Below, piece after piece: positions 1-12,141 of a stretch of 64,000 nucleotides of DNA. The translations under genes and the position numbers were made by a program. The notes beneath the pieces were generated by a model. The model was not told the DNA's origin, ran no database searches, and saw only the letters and a list, made by a program, of their open reading frames with translations. The stretch is from assembly GCA_949358305.1 (NCBI GenBank), contig OX442314.1:1240001-1304000 (forward strand). Direction: 5' to 3'. This stretch comes from Strigamia acuminata. Taxonomy: Eukaryota. Position 1 is the stretch's first letter. Every line of letters begins with the position of its first letter.

Positions 1-42
1 AAGTTAGATACATCAAACTTGAAAAAGACAAAGATAACGGCG

Positions 43-56
43 GTTGCCATAGAAAC
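43..56. promoter_or_regulatory. RFX X-box-like motif GTTGCCATAGAAAC, with a second half-site (..CATAGCAAC, ~62-70) and a CCAAT box near 99
   Basis: Exact match to the X-box consensus GTHNYY-AT-RRNAAC; the regulated gene is not visible in the window. Confidence 0.4.
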
Positions 57-2384
57 TAGTGCATAGCAACAGAAGCGAGTCGTAGTAACGTTGCAGTCCA
101 ATCACAATACAGGAAAAAATAAGTTACGTGAAATTTAATTTTCCCAAATTGTTTAAAAAAAAATTAATTTTCGCAACTTGTCCAAATTTTTCTCCAATTT
201 TTCTCAAAAAGTTTTAATAAATTTGAGAATTTTTTTAAATCATGCCACTGATGTGACATTTTCGTAATTTGTCCATTTAATAAGTTGGCGAAACGTCACA
301 TACTGGTAGTATATTTTTCAAATCTAGTAATGAATGATTTATTTTCATATTTTTATATTTATTACCGGTAAGCGATTTGCTTCAGTGACCAAGGAACGGG
401 AAGAAACGATGCGGGAGACGAGAGACATCTCGTAACAAATTTCATCATCACTTGCATTGAATGCGTCGTTGAAATATACGGAGGACTATTGGAGATATTT
501 GATAAAATATGGTTTGATAAATCAAATCTGTTTGATAGTTTTTTTTAAATATTTATTTTTTAAAAAGATTAAATCGAATAAAATTAAACGATAAAAATTA
601 TCAGAAATATTTTATCAAGTTAAAATAAAAGTGCGACATGTCGCCGATACTCTTCCGTAAACTCGAATTGGCCTTTAATGGCGTCGTATCTCGAGAAGCG
701 AACGTGGTAGAAACGTAAAAACGATGGCACTGTTCGTCAACAGTTTGCGATTCGGATCAAGCACTGTTTTCAGAGACTACCGAAAGTTTCTGTTCAAAGA
801 ATTGACGGACGTAGCCCGGGTTTCGCCCTCGCGAGCTCTCGAAGTAAACTCGGACATTCGTGCAACACTCGTCGCGCTCGGCCACGGTCATTCGACCCAG
901 CCTGAGTGGCCACAACAAACCAAAAAGCCTAGCTTGAAATCTGGTGTCTGGTTCTCGCGAGCACAGTTTTGTCGAGAGTTGTTTTGTATGTAAAACAAAT
1001 CGCATCAGTTTGAAGAGTGCGCTACATTCTTCAAATGAACGCCCGATCCAATCAGCCAAAATTAAACGTCATTTGACTCAGTTGAGATTTTTTGCTTTTT
1101 ATAGTTTGTGATTAGAGCGGTCAGTGATTTGTTGCTAATTGATTGATTGATTAATTGATTGTTTTTCTCTTTTTTTTAGTTGATTATGTGAATTATTGAG
1201 CACATCGTCTGGTGATGTGATAAAGTGGCTAGATCCAAGATTGAGACAATTTGAGACATTTTAAACTTCCTCTTCTTATTGACCGTTGTGGAGTTTATGC
1301 GCAGGCTGGCAGATTTCAGTAATTTAATGAGGTAAGTACCTGTAAGTTTCTTTTTCTTTTTCTTTTCTACACTTTTACAATTCCTGGTGGGCGAAATTGT
1401 GTTGAGGAACGATGGGACCAGAGTCGGAATTTGGGTGATTCCATTGTTTTGCCAAATTTACTCACATTGTTTGTGATGAATGGTCACTTACTCGTTAGTG
1501 TGTAAGAAGCAGTGTTGCAACTCGTTCATGGAACTGGGAACGTGTTGACGCTCATGTTCGCTGTAAGCTGTTCACACACAAACTATTCAAGTACCCGAAG
1601 TTGAACTTATCTGAAATTTTTGGTAATTATTTTTCCAATTTTTCTAGAAATTCAGTTAAATTTTTGAAATTACGACCAATTTTTGTATAAATTCTCAAAA
1701 TGTTGGTCAACTTTTGCCAATGAAACATGTCAGGCACGGTGAACGTGTTGATGAACTTAATTCACGAACTAATGGACACTGGTGACAAATGATGCAAATT
1801 GCATTTTGAAAGAAACTGACACTAGAAATATTGAAATTGCTGACAAATAGTTTGTTGCTTAATTGTTATTAATTTGGAAATAAGAAAATAAGACTTCTAA
1901 CATCTTGTGTCTTGTTTGTCATTAAGTTTATTTTCATATTAAAATGGTTTATTTCATGTTTACAACTAAGATATTTTCTCGTTTGGTTTCTTGTTCTTGA
2001 GATGTCCTCAGTTTCGGTCCTTGAGATGCTTCAGCAAACCTCAAACTAATACTTAAGATGAAACAACAAGAGTTTATTTTATAATTTAGTACATTCGAGA
2101 TGAAATACATTTCAGTTTTTGACATTAAAATCAACACTAAGCTTAAAATTACATTACGAATGCAGCTGGTGTTAAATGTTCCTTAATTGTGCCTATGTAC
2201 GTTATTTGTTACTGATACTCAGCTACACATGAAACATGCATTAAATGGGGCTGGCGTATACGTTTACATATTTATTCTATACTTTTATAAGACACAAACA
2301 CAATGTTTGTGAGAAGTGAAATAATAGAATTACTTGTACAGAAAAACATTGAATAGTTGAAGAGTGGTTTTGTTGACTTTTAAG

Positions 2385-2702
2385 TCAAATGAAATATTCA
2401 ACAAGTGAAAATATTGAGAGACTGGTCAAAATATCAAAAATTGATCCGATTTGAAAAAATAATTTGACTAATGAAATTACTTTCTGTTCTTCTATTACTT
2501 CTCGTATGTTGCTGTCAATACTGTATGTTATCAAATCGCCTGCCCCTTTACTTAGTTGAATAAATAGAGATATGAATATTGTTTCTTCGCAGCGTGCCGC
2601 ACATTTGCAGTCTTTCTGGGGATCTGTCTTGAATTGAGTCGTCAAATATTGTTTGGAAGTGCTCTTAATAATTTGTAGATTTATTTTTGTGGGCGGGACC
2701 AA
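2385..2702 (-). pseudogene. 5'-truncated duplicate of the terminal DEG/ENaC exon of gene A (pseudo-exon or alternative last exon)
   Basis: Translation QFKTDPQKDCKCAARCEETIF...IDSNIREVIEEQKVISLVKLFFQIGSIFDILTSLSIFSLVEYFI* parallels exon 2833-3172; it lacks the LPFMETSKIPLC start, and two TM2 glycines are replaced (D, S). Confidence 0.75.
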
Positions 2703-2832
2703 ACTGCATTATGTCATATTTTTCCAATGATCAATTAATTAAAAAGAAGAACTTGTACATTATGAGGTGAAGGATTCAGTTGAAAGAGTGAAAAAAAGCA
2801 TTTGTTTTACGAATTATTTCATTGCTTTGCAA

Positions 2833-5800
2833 TCATATGAAATATTCGAGGAGTGCAAATATTGAGAGACCGGTAAAAATTCCAATGATTGATCCCATTT
2901 GACAAAACAATTTGACAATGGAAACTTGTTTCTCTTCCGCAATTATCTCTCGAATGTTGCTGTCAATCGTGAATGTATTTCTGCTAAGGCGGTTTCTATT
3001 CATTTCCTGTTGTACTGACGATAGGAATATTGTTTGTTCACAGCGAGCTGGACAGTCACAGTCTTTGCGAGGATCTGTCTTGAATTGAGCCTCCAAATAC
3101 ATGTTAACAGTTTTTTCGGCCGTTTCAGTGGTCATGCACAAAGGTATCTTACTCGTTTCCATAAATGGCAATCTAATAGTAGGACAAACTGTGATTACCA
3201 GTCAAATTGTCTAATATGCAAACCAATGCATTGAAAACACACACTTGCACTTGAAAGGTTGTAGCTGTAGCTTCCCTGCAAAACATTGTTCTTCACATTT
3301 TGAAACTCGATCATTTGCTGCACAAGGGTTTTTCGGAGTGTTTATTTGAACCAACTAAAAAGAATAAACTTGCAAATACCGTAATGAATTTTTTAGTACA
3401 AACATTACCGTTTTACGAGAAATGAAAATTCGAACAAAACCCATACTGGGTGTGTAAACAATATATTTCGGGTGAAGATATTGGTTCTGTGGTAGAATGA
3501 AGTTCTAGAATGAATGCAATCCAAATAATCAACTGAATGAAATAAAAACATCGAAAGATCTCACTGGTTGGTTCACATTCCATTTGTAAATATTACCAAA
3601 GGAATACTGGTAGGTAAGAATTAAATGGTTCTTGTGCGGACAATAAGGCAGATCAACTGAAAACATTTAAAAGTGAGAAAACAATAATTTGTTTTGTATT
3701 TACCTCTACTTTTTTTAAATTCAGTGCAGTTTCCAAATACGGTTGACACAGCTGACACATTGCTGTAATGCACAACATCAAAAGATTTACCGTCTTTATG
3801 GAACATCTATAAAAATAGCTATTTGTTTAAAAATGTGAAATTGAGCAATGAATGCATTTAAAGAAAAATCAATCTTGTTACTTACTTGGAGTTCGGTATA
3901 ATGGCGTTCTAAATTAGAAGAGGCCTTCCATAATTCCAGAGAATTGTTTGCGAATTTCGACGATGAATGGAGTAAGTAATAAAGCTTGTAATGACGAACA
4001 TCATAGTGCAGTTGTTCACTTACATTTTCCTTGACTTTTACTATTTCTTCAGATTCTCGGCAATGTACAATCCGTGGAAACTGAATGATTTTGTCTCTAG
4101 CCAGAATAACTGATTTGATGATTGGATAATCAAAGTAATGATCAATTGAAGCATAAACTTGGTAAATCGATGTGAAAATCAGAAATAGTAGCACAATCTT
4201 TATCAGTTTGCTTCGCTTGTGCGTTTTCTTATTAATTTCTAGAATTGCTTGAATTTTTCCTTTTAACTCTGAATTTGATTTATTTTTTTTTCTGAACATT
4301 AAAAAAGGCATTTTGTAGCAGTGAACAAATATTTCGACGAGTGTCAAACAAGACATTCCGAAGTAGAGTCCAATGTTTCCGCCAATGTCGCACAGCAAAG
4401 AGATGATGTCGTAAGAAAATTGTTCTTGCAATGTACGAACGAAATTATTCAGAAGAGAAACATCGAGGATATTCTCAGAATAGGGTATTGCATCGAAGGA
4501 TGTGCTCAGTTCTGTCACATGGCATAAATAAGGACATTTGCACAGTTCTATTGCATCCTCATTATCATTTTTAATTGATTTCATCCACTTTTCACGTTGA
4601 CGCTTTAGTTCATTATTCTCGCATTCTGGTAGGCTTCTTGCATCGTAAAATAGAAACCTGAGATACAGTACATTTTATTCATGTTTCTTTAGAATGAATA
4701 GGTAGCTGATGCACAGCAAGCAATTAAAACAGTTAGGCTAAATAACTGAAGCAACATGGAGAAAAAAATTGAACTCTGGATTCTGGAAAGTGTGGTCAAC
4801 TGTTTTACTTCTTTCAATTATGATGTTTAATGCATCATAATGTAAAAGGAACTAAAGTTATCAAATGATTTAAGTATGATATAGTGAATCACAATGGTTG
4901 AACAAACTTAAAACAGTTAAACAGATGGGAAGTTTTTGTTCATTGTGGTGTTGTGTATCACAACTGTGAACACCATAACTGATTGAACAGATGGTCAATA
5001 TAAAGCTTTCAAAATATCCCTGAAACATCGTAGGTTTCACTTGTTTCTGGTCGTCAAAACAAAAACATTCATTTCAAAGCTAACTTGAACACTATTTTTA
5101 TGACTGCAATTATATTTTCATGTTTAGCTTGTTTAAGCATATACAAATTTACCTGCAAGTAACATTCTTCATGAAACAAGGGAGCAAACAGCCATGTAAA
5201 TTGTTATTGCAAGGATTTCTCTTCGTGCGGAGGAAGTGATACTGAAAGTAAAGTTGTTAAGTTTCAAATGAATTCCTTTGTGTGATATTTAATTTCAAGA
5301 AAATCTGGAACAGTATTTATATCTGTGTCCAAAAGGGTCCCATTAATTTGACGTGTGGTAGTATTGATTTGGGTGCAGAAACTGCGGCTGGCGTACCATT
5401 TTGCAACTACCCATCAACGTTTGCCCGTGTATCTGAAAAGACAGAAGAATTGGGCCAGGTGTCAAAAGGATACGCCCCCTTAATTTTACCAAATTAAAAT
5501 AAATAATTCGTGACTCTACAAGTACAAAACTTAGATTTAATTTTTTAAAATGTATGCTAGGGACCCCAAAAAGTTAAAATAAGATCCTGTGACGCATTTC
5601 AAATTCGGTGCACATGCATCTTACTTTTTCCAAATTAGTTGTAGCACTATGTCTAGTTGCTCTCAAATTTTCTCTATCTCTATGAATGGTTGCAATGTCT
5701 TTTGCATTCAGTAACAATTTCACTCCTTCAATAAAACCAGATGCATAATAGTAGACCGGTGAAGGATTTATTTTTACCTGAAAATTTTAAGAACAAGTCT

Positions 5801-6619
5801 AACAGTTATGGCACTACACAAATTTTGTAACTTCGGCAACATCATAAACATACATTAACCATTTTGCATTTTGCTGGGAATTTTAGTTTGATTACCATCT
5901 TGTAATCAGAATATCCATATGGGAGCTGCAATACTAATCAACAATAAAGGATTTAGAAATAAAAATCGTGAATGCCTTTTTTTTTTACGTACGACTTGAA
6001 ACTTGAGCAGTAGCTTGTACAAAACTATCGTAATTTTGAATTGTCAGATTAATGCGCAATTTTCCCTGAAATAGGATTGCTCATTTATTAAACTAAGAAC
6101 AAGAAATAGATAGAGCTTTACCATTTTGAAGTGTGCATCAGTTATGTAACTCGGTATACTCATGTATTTGAAAACATCAAGTAGATTATACTGGTATTTA
6201 AAATTATTTGCATCGGCATATCTTCTCTCGGCTATAGTCCTACCATCACAGCTTTCAAGATCTTTTTTTCTGCCACTCACTTTTACTCTAAAATTATTAA
6301 ATTCTTGAGTTGTGTATGGGAAAAAGTAAACATACGGGAAAATGCCATGCACTGTTTCAATGAAATCCGCATTGACTGTTGTCGGTTCATCCATGTAATA
6401 CAATATCCGATCTACAGTTTGGAAAATGCAAACTGCCAAATTGATAATAAGTAATGCGAAAAACAGATAATAATTAAATTTTTTCTTTTTTGAAATGTTT
6501 TTCAGAGATTTGGCAAATGGTGGTATCTCCGATTCTTCTTCTATGACAGTGACAACAATGTGTTGCAGTCTTCTCCTCCTTAGTTGTTGAATTCGGCCTA
6601 ATGGGTGAAACACACGCAT
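2833..6619 (-). CDS. DEG/ENaC-family channel gene A, two subunits fused in tandem (about 11 exons, roughly 800 aa, 4 predicted TM helices)
   Basis: Hand-spliced exons at approx. 6619-6122, 6065-5993, 5932-5859, 5777-5625, 5241-5153, 4657-3886, 3806-3704, 3656-3564, 3504-3409, 3354-3245 and 3172-2833 join in frame at GT-AG sites. Repeat 1: TM1 ...CIFQTVDRILYYMDEPTT, Cys-rich thumb, TM2 YDIISLLCDIGGNIGLYFGMSCLTLVE. Repeat 2: TM1 ...IYQVYASIDHYFDYPII..FPRIVHC, TVFGNCTEF, CDCPARCEQ, TM2 LFCQMGSIIGIFTGLSIFALLEYFI*. Confidence 0.88.
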
Positions 6620-6848
6620 ATTTTTGTCTTCCGTTTTAGCTGTTTAAAGAATTACACGCAGAACTGAATGAATTTAAACTTTGAATGTATCTGATGACGG
6701 GTGTTACATAAAATTGATAAACAATGAAGTATTTCTGGCAGGAGATTTGGTAAAATTCAGTCCTCGAACAGTAAAGGTGAATTTCAACTAAGGACAGGGT
6801 CAAAGATTAGAGGAATAGCTTTACTACAAGCTCAATTCCAAAATGTGA

Positions 6849-7504
6849 TGTAACTGTCTGGTTGTATCAAATCCCAAAATGAGGAGCAATGATCTACTCT
6901 AGGGGTTTACTTATAGCTCGTCTATGTGCTGTCACTGCCCAAAGGGAGATGACACTTAGCAACCGGCCCATTGCACACAAGACCAACAGACAACACTCAC
7001 ATGTCCCACGTACGGTGCGGTCGGTTACTCTATCTGTTCTCATCACACTTACTTGAACACTTATGTAGGCTGCAACTCGGTCTGAACCAGGTTACTGGGT
7101 ATCACAGTGATGAAAACTCTCAACAGGGAGAAGGTCCCTGGCGTTTGAAACTCAACTACTAGAATTAAGAAGTGCCTGGTGACAAGAGACTCTGGACCAA
7201 TGAAATTACAGACACAAACCAGGAATGACTAAGCATGCTAACCATACCGTGACTAAAATGCCCAATTCCCCATCACATTAAAAAAAAACAGTTAAAGTGA
7301 GGTTTGCAGAGGGGGGCGCTGGCCCCCTTGTTAAGAAAAAACCCAAGAACATGCGAAAATCCAAGAAACAGCATTAGTCACTCCTGACTGAGGAGCCCCG
7401 ATCGCCAGGCGTTACTCTAGAATTATCCCTCACTACACCACTCAGACCTCTCTTTCTCCCCTTTTAGGTTCGTCTATTCCGTCTGTAGGGTAGGACTATC
7501 TGAC
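6849..7504 (-). mobile_element. Diverged solo LTR of the family also at 12748, 29924 and 39145
   Basis: TGT...ACA ends; shares the blocks GCAACCG.CCC..CACAC, GGTCGGTT and ACACCACTC.G with the 12748-13331 copy in the same order; no clear TSD. Confidence 0.5.
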
Positions 7505-8795
7505 AAGCTTGCTTAAATGTTTAAACTAACAATTATGTTTTTTTTTCTGCACTTACAGTTTCAAATGTGCTTGGTCTGTTCGAATTGATTCATTATAAAG
7601 ACGTATCAAAACACTAAATTAAAGAAAATTATTTTTTATCGTTCATGGCTTTCCGAAGATATTCGTGAATTGTGTCGCCGGTGCTAATGAATAAATGAAT
7701 GAGTTTTGCTCGATTTTCGAGAAGCACGGTTGGCATTGACATGGGAAAACAACTAAAACAGATTTTAATGAATTAAAATATAAAATATTACTTCTCTTTT
7801 CACTTTCTTTTAAGCTGATGAGTTTTTGATTGATTTTCTTCTGGGAGAAAAATAAATTTACGCCCTTTTAACATTTTTGAGTTTGCTCACCATTGATTCA
7901 GTCAGGAGTGAACAAGTTGAGCTGTCTGGCGCCACTGAAACTCAATAGATTTACATTGCCACGCCTCTGGTGAGAACAATTTTACCTACTGAAATAAAAG
8001 CAATATTTTTTTTCGTGCTTGGGCGTACCTAATCAATATATTTTTTGATTAAAGTGTGCATAGTTGACATAAAAACAGACATTACTGAATTAGATTAAAA
8101 AAGACTTGATGAATTATTCATTTTGTCATAAAAGCAGTAATAAACCAACATCAAAAACAAAATTAATATTTGTTTTTGTACTCAACTATTTATGGGGTTT
8201 TATGATTGAAACCGTTTTCCCTGCATTTAAGAAAGGCGGAACACACTACTCACACACTCATAAATTATATGCTTTGGTGATTGCTTTTGCTGGCAGACCT
8301 TTATTAGCTTTCTGTTCTTACAGTTTGAAGTTGCGATTAATAGATTTGCGGCACTTGATCTGTTCGTATTGCCACTGCATGCAGTATATTGATGTTGTGT
8401 CTGTTGGAAGAGTAATTGAAAATTAATGACAACTAAAAGAATTTATCACAAAGACGAAAGTCGTAATAATTGAAGACTTGATTATAGCTAATCATCAGTT
8501 GAATGTCAGAAAACCAAAGATTAAAATGAGAATTAAAATGTTTCAAAAGACATTTGCTAGGTGAAATAATGAGTTTACTCTGTAATAACTATGTTCATGT
8601 TTCTTCTGGACAGTAAACATCAATAATATTTTGCAAAGAAATATGATTACATATTCCATTCACTTGACCCAAATGCCAGGAGCTATTGAGCAATGTGTAT
8701 ACGAAACCTGTACAAGCTTACAGATACAGGTTTTGTGTATACATTTTTTTGTGTGTACATTGTTTAGGGGTACTCTGTATTTGTTAAAATGAGAA

Positions 8796-8832
8796 TGGTG
8801 CAAGTCATCAGAAGTTCTGATGACTTGCACCA
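8796..8832. repeat. Perfect 37-bp palindrome (18-bp arms, 1-nt centre)
   Basis: TGGTGCAAGTCATCAGAA-G-TTCTGATGACTTGCACCA. Confidence 0.9.
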
Positions 8833-9535
8833 CAGACTTAAAAATACACTAGACTGCAAACTGAAGGATTATGGGTAAGAAGTGTATGCCTACAGGTAGT
8901 GGCAACACTAAATTCTTTTTCACTTCCTGTCAAGGTTATGGCTGTCTAAAATCAGCATACAAACAAAATTTCCGAACAATGGTTAGCAAATACTGCGTGG
9001 TTTTGAATTGTGAAATGTCACAATCCAGATGAATTTATTTAAATCTAACTAAGACTGAAAAAAAATGCCAAAAAAATGAGGGAAATACGAGAGAAAAACT
9101 AAAAATAGGATTGAAACAGGAAGTGGAGATAATTCATGACGTCACTTCATCCCAACAATGCTCCTCCTCTCACCTTGGACAAATCAAACACAGCGCGCGC
9201 AATTTCAATTCATCTCTTCGAGCCATGCAAGTTTCGGCTTTTATTTTCGAATGTCGGCCGAAAAGGGCTAAGAGCCTTTCGGGTTCTTTTTCTAAAAAGA
9301 GAATAACAGCGGTTTAATTTGATAGCAGCAAATTGCTTCAGGTATTCTGGATAATTACTTAAACTTCGGATTAATTTCCCGTTTCTTTTCACAGAGTTGA
9401 GCCGTTGTGAATATCAATAAGTAACTGGCAGATCCCGAATGTCTGCGGAATGTGAATTACATCAACGCGACGGTTTACGGGTGGTTGGACAATCGGTCTT
9501 ATCCGAAGTTGGCCGCCCTTCTGCGAGCCGGCGAC

Positions 9536-10188
9536 TAAGCTTGTTAACGGATCGGTTCTGATCCGCATATCCGCGGATCGGATCGGATCGGATGCGGATG
9601 CGAATCGGAGCAAACCATCCGACCGCCATTTTAATTGCGGATCGGATGGGCGCTCAATCCGCACGCTAAATCCGCGGATGAAAATCCGTTCATCCGCGGA
9701 TTGATCCGAACAATCCGCAAATTTTTTTTAATTGTTATTATTGAAATAACAATTAAAAGAACTATTAAAAATGACTTAAAATCGAGAAAATAAAACAAAA
9801 AAAGCCCAACCGGCGCACGTAGCGACGAACAAATGACCAAAAAAGGCCTAAAACCGAATCGGGTGTTTATTTGCCCAGTCGGTTATAGGCCTTTTTTTGA
9901 TCGTTTGTTCGTCGCTGTTCGCTGCGTGCGCCAGTTCGGCTTTTTTTGTTTATTTTCTCGATTTTTAGTTGCTTTGAAAGGAAAATTTAAACATTTTTAG
10001 GCAAAAAAAAAAAAAAAAAAAAGCATCCGCATTGGATCCGCAATCCGCGGATTGATTGCGGATCGGATCGGATAGGCCAACCAGGGAATGCGGATCGGAT
10101 CGGATCCGCATTTTTCGACCCGCACTATTTTCGGATCGGATGCGGATTGGCCAGAAATCCGATCCAATCCGATCCGTTAACAAGCTTA
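9536..10188. mobile_element. Non-autonomous hAT element (MITE)
   Basis: TIR TAAGCTTGTTAACGGATCGG / CCGATCCGTTAACAAGCTTA; perfect 8-bp TSD CCGGCGAC (9528-9535, 10189-10196); many subterminal GGATC motifs; internal inverted repeat with ~90-bp arms at ~9778-9966. Confidence 0.9.
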
Positions 10189-11187
10189 CCGGCGACTAAA
10201 CGGAAATTTGTGGAAAGGTTTTCTTGTTGTTATATGTGTTCGAATATTTTTATAATATAACACAAGATTTTTATTACGGATTATTTTTTTTCAATCATTT
10301 TGCTGTTCGTTTTGCAGCGATTTCGGCATCGAGGAGTTCTAGGAGAACGGAATGTGAGTTAATGATTGATGAGTCACTAAAGTTAATCAATCTCATTTCA
10401 ACTCGCTTGTCAGGTGTCCTTAATTCTCGAACTTTGGCTAGAAATGGAATCCCACGTAATTACACGTCATGATTTTTTTATTTTATTTTAAGCTACCGTA
10501 CGTTTGATTTTGTCTTCCATGTCTATGTACAACTTTTCTTTGTAGAACAGTTCCTCGATTGAGTCATGTTTTCTCACAGTTTCTCTTCTCTTCTTGGCTA
10601 ACGGTTCTGCAATTAATAGAATTAATTGATTAAGTTTATTATTTATTCTTTGTGTTTGATTAATTCACAGTCTGTGGGCGAAAGCAAAACGTTCCAGAGC
10701 TCAGTCATTTCCTTTGTGGTCGGCGGTAGGTGGAAACGATGTTTTTCCATTACTATCAACAAATCGGCATTGTACGCGTATTGAAGCTGGTTTTGCACAT
10801 AGCAACGGACGTGCTTTTTGTACGAAGCACTCATCACTCTATCTTCGCTTTTGAAACATCTCCAAGAAATCCTCGATGCCGAAATCGCTGCAAATATACA
10901 GAAAAATCATCGGAGAATCTTGATGAAGGTAATTAAAATCTTGTGTTCTACAGGGTGGGCCAAAAGCCACGAACCCATCTTAAAAATTATTTATTTTTTT
11001 TATTTTTTTAGAGTGTAAAGATTTGCAATTGTAGGATGCGTTTTTCCTGTTCACAGTATTATTAAAGGACTGACTAATTAAGCTACAAGGTTGCATATTT
11101 CAACTTAATTAATTAATTCTTATTTTTTAAATTTCAGAATCATTGGCTTACAACTTCAAGCTTATTGTTACTTTACTGAAGTAAAAA

Positions 11188-12141
11188 ATGGAGAGAAAAC
11201 GCCAGGATTACAATTGCAATCTGTGTGATTATTCGTGTTCACGCTATTCACTTTTGGAACAGCATATGCTTAGACACACTGGTGAAAAGCCTTTCAAATG
11301 TCAAATGTGTGATTATTGTTCGAGTCGTCGTGAACATTTAAACAGTCACCTATTAACCCACACTGGAGAAAAACCATTCAAGTGCCATTTGTGTGCTTTT
11401 TCCTGCATTCAAAGTGGGGATTTAAGAAGACATCTATTAACCCATTCAGGAGAAAAACCATTCAAGTGCCATTTGTGTGATTATTCCTGTATTGGAAGTG
11501 GGGATTTAAGAAAACATCTAATATCCCATTCAGGCGAAAAACCATTCAAGTGCCATTTGTGTGATTATTCCAGTGCTCAAAGTGGGACTTTAAGAAAACA
11601 TTTAGCCAGACACACAGGAGAAAAACCATTCAAGTGCCATTTGTGTGCTTTTTCCTGCATTCAAAGTGGGGATTTAAGAAGACATCTATTAACCCATTCA
11701 GGAGAAAAACCATTCAAGTGCCATTTGTGTGATTATTCCTGTATTGGAAGTGGGGATTTAAGAAAACATCTAATAACCCATTCAGGCAAAAAACCATTCA
11801 AGTGCCATTTGTGTGATTATTCCAGTGCTCAAAGTGGGACTTTAAGAAAACATTTAGCCAGACACACAGGAGAAAAACCATTCAAGTGCCATTTGTGTGC
11901 TTATTCTTGCAATCAAAATTGGGGTTTAAAAAGTCACCTATTAACCCATTTAGGAGAAAAGCCATTCAAGTGTCATTTGTGTAATTATTCTTGCAATCAT
12001 AGTGGGAATTTAAAAGTCCATTTATTGACCCACACAGGAGAAAAACCATTCAAGTGCCATTTGTGTGATTATTCTTGCATTCATAAGAGGAGTTTAAAAT
12101 ACCATCTATTAACCCACACTGCAAAAAAACCATTCAAGTGA
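11188..12141 (+). CDS. Tandem C2H2 (Kruppel-type) zinc-finger protein, 11 fingers
   Basis: Eleven CxxC-x12-HxxxH units with TGEKPF-type linkers; splice acceptor TTTCAG at ~11138 and several upstream splice-bounded segments (probable 5' UTR exons); no effector domain seen. Confidence 0.92.
   Translation: MERKRQDYNCNLCDYSCSRYSLLEQHMLRHTGEKPFKCQMCDYCSSRREHLNSHLLTHTGEKPFKCHLCAFSCIQSGDLRRHLLTHSGEKPFKCHLCDYSCIGSGDLRKHLISHSGEKPFKCHLCDYSSAQSGTLRKHLARHTGEKPFKCHLCAFSCIQSGDLRRHLLTHSGEKPFKCHLCDYSCIGSGDLRKHLITHSGKKPFKCHLCDYSSAQSGTLRKHLARHTGEKPFKCHLCAYSCNQNWGLKSHLLTHLGEKPFKCHLCNYSCNHSGNLKVHLLTHTGEKPFKCHLCDYSCIHKRSLKYHLLTHTAKKPFK

Noticed and set aside
724..1059. Overlapping short ORFs
   Set aside because: No recognisable motif or consistent exon chain.
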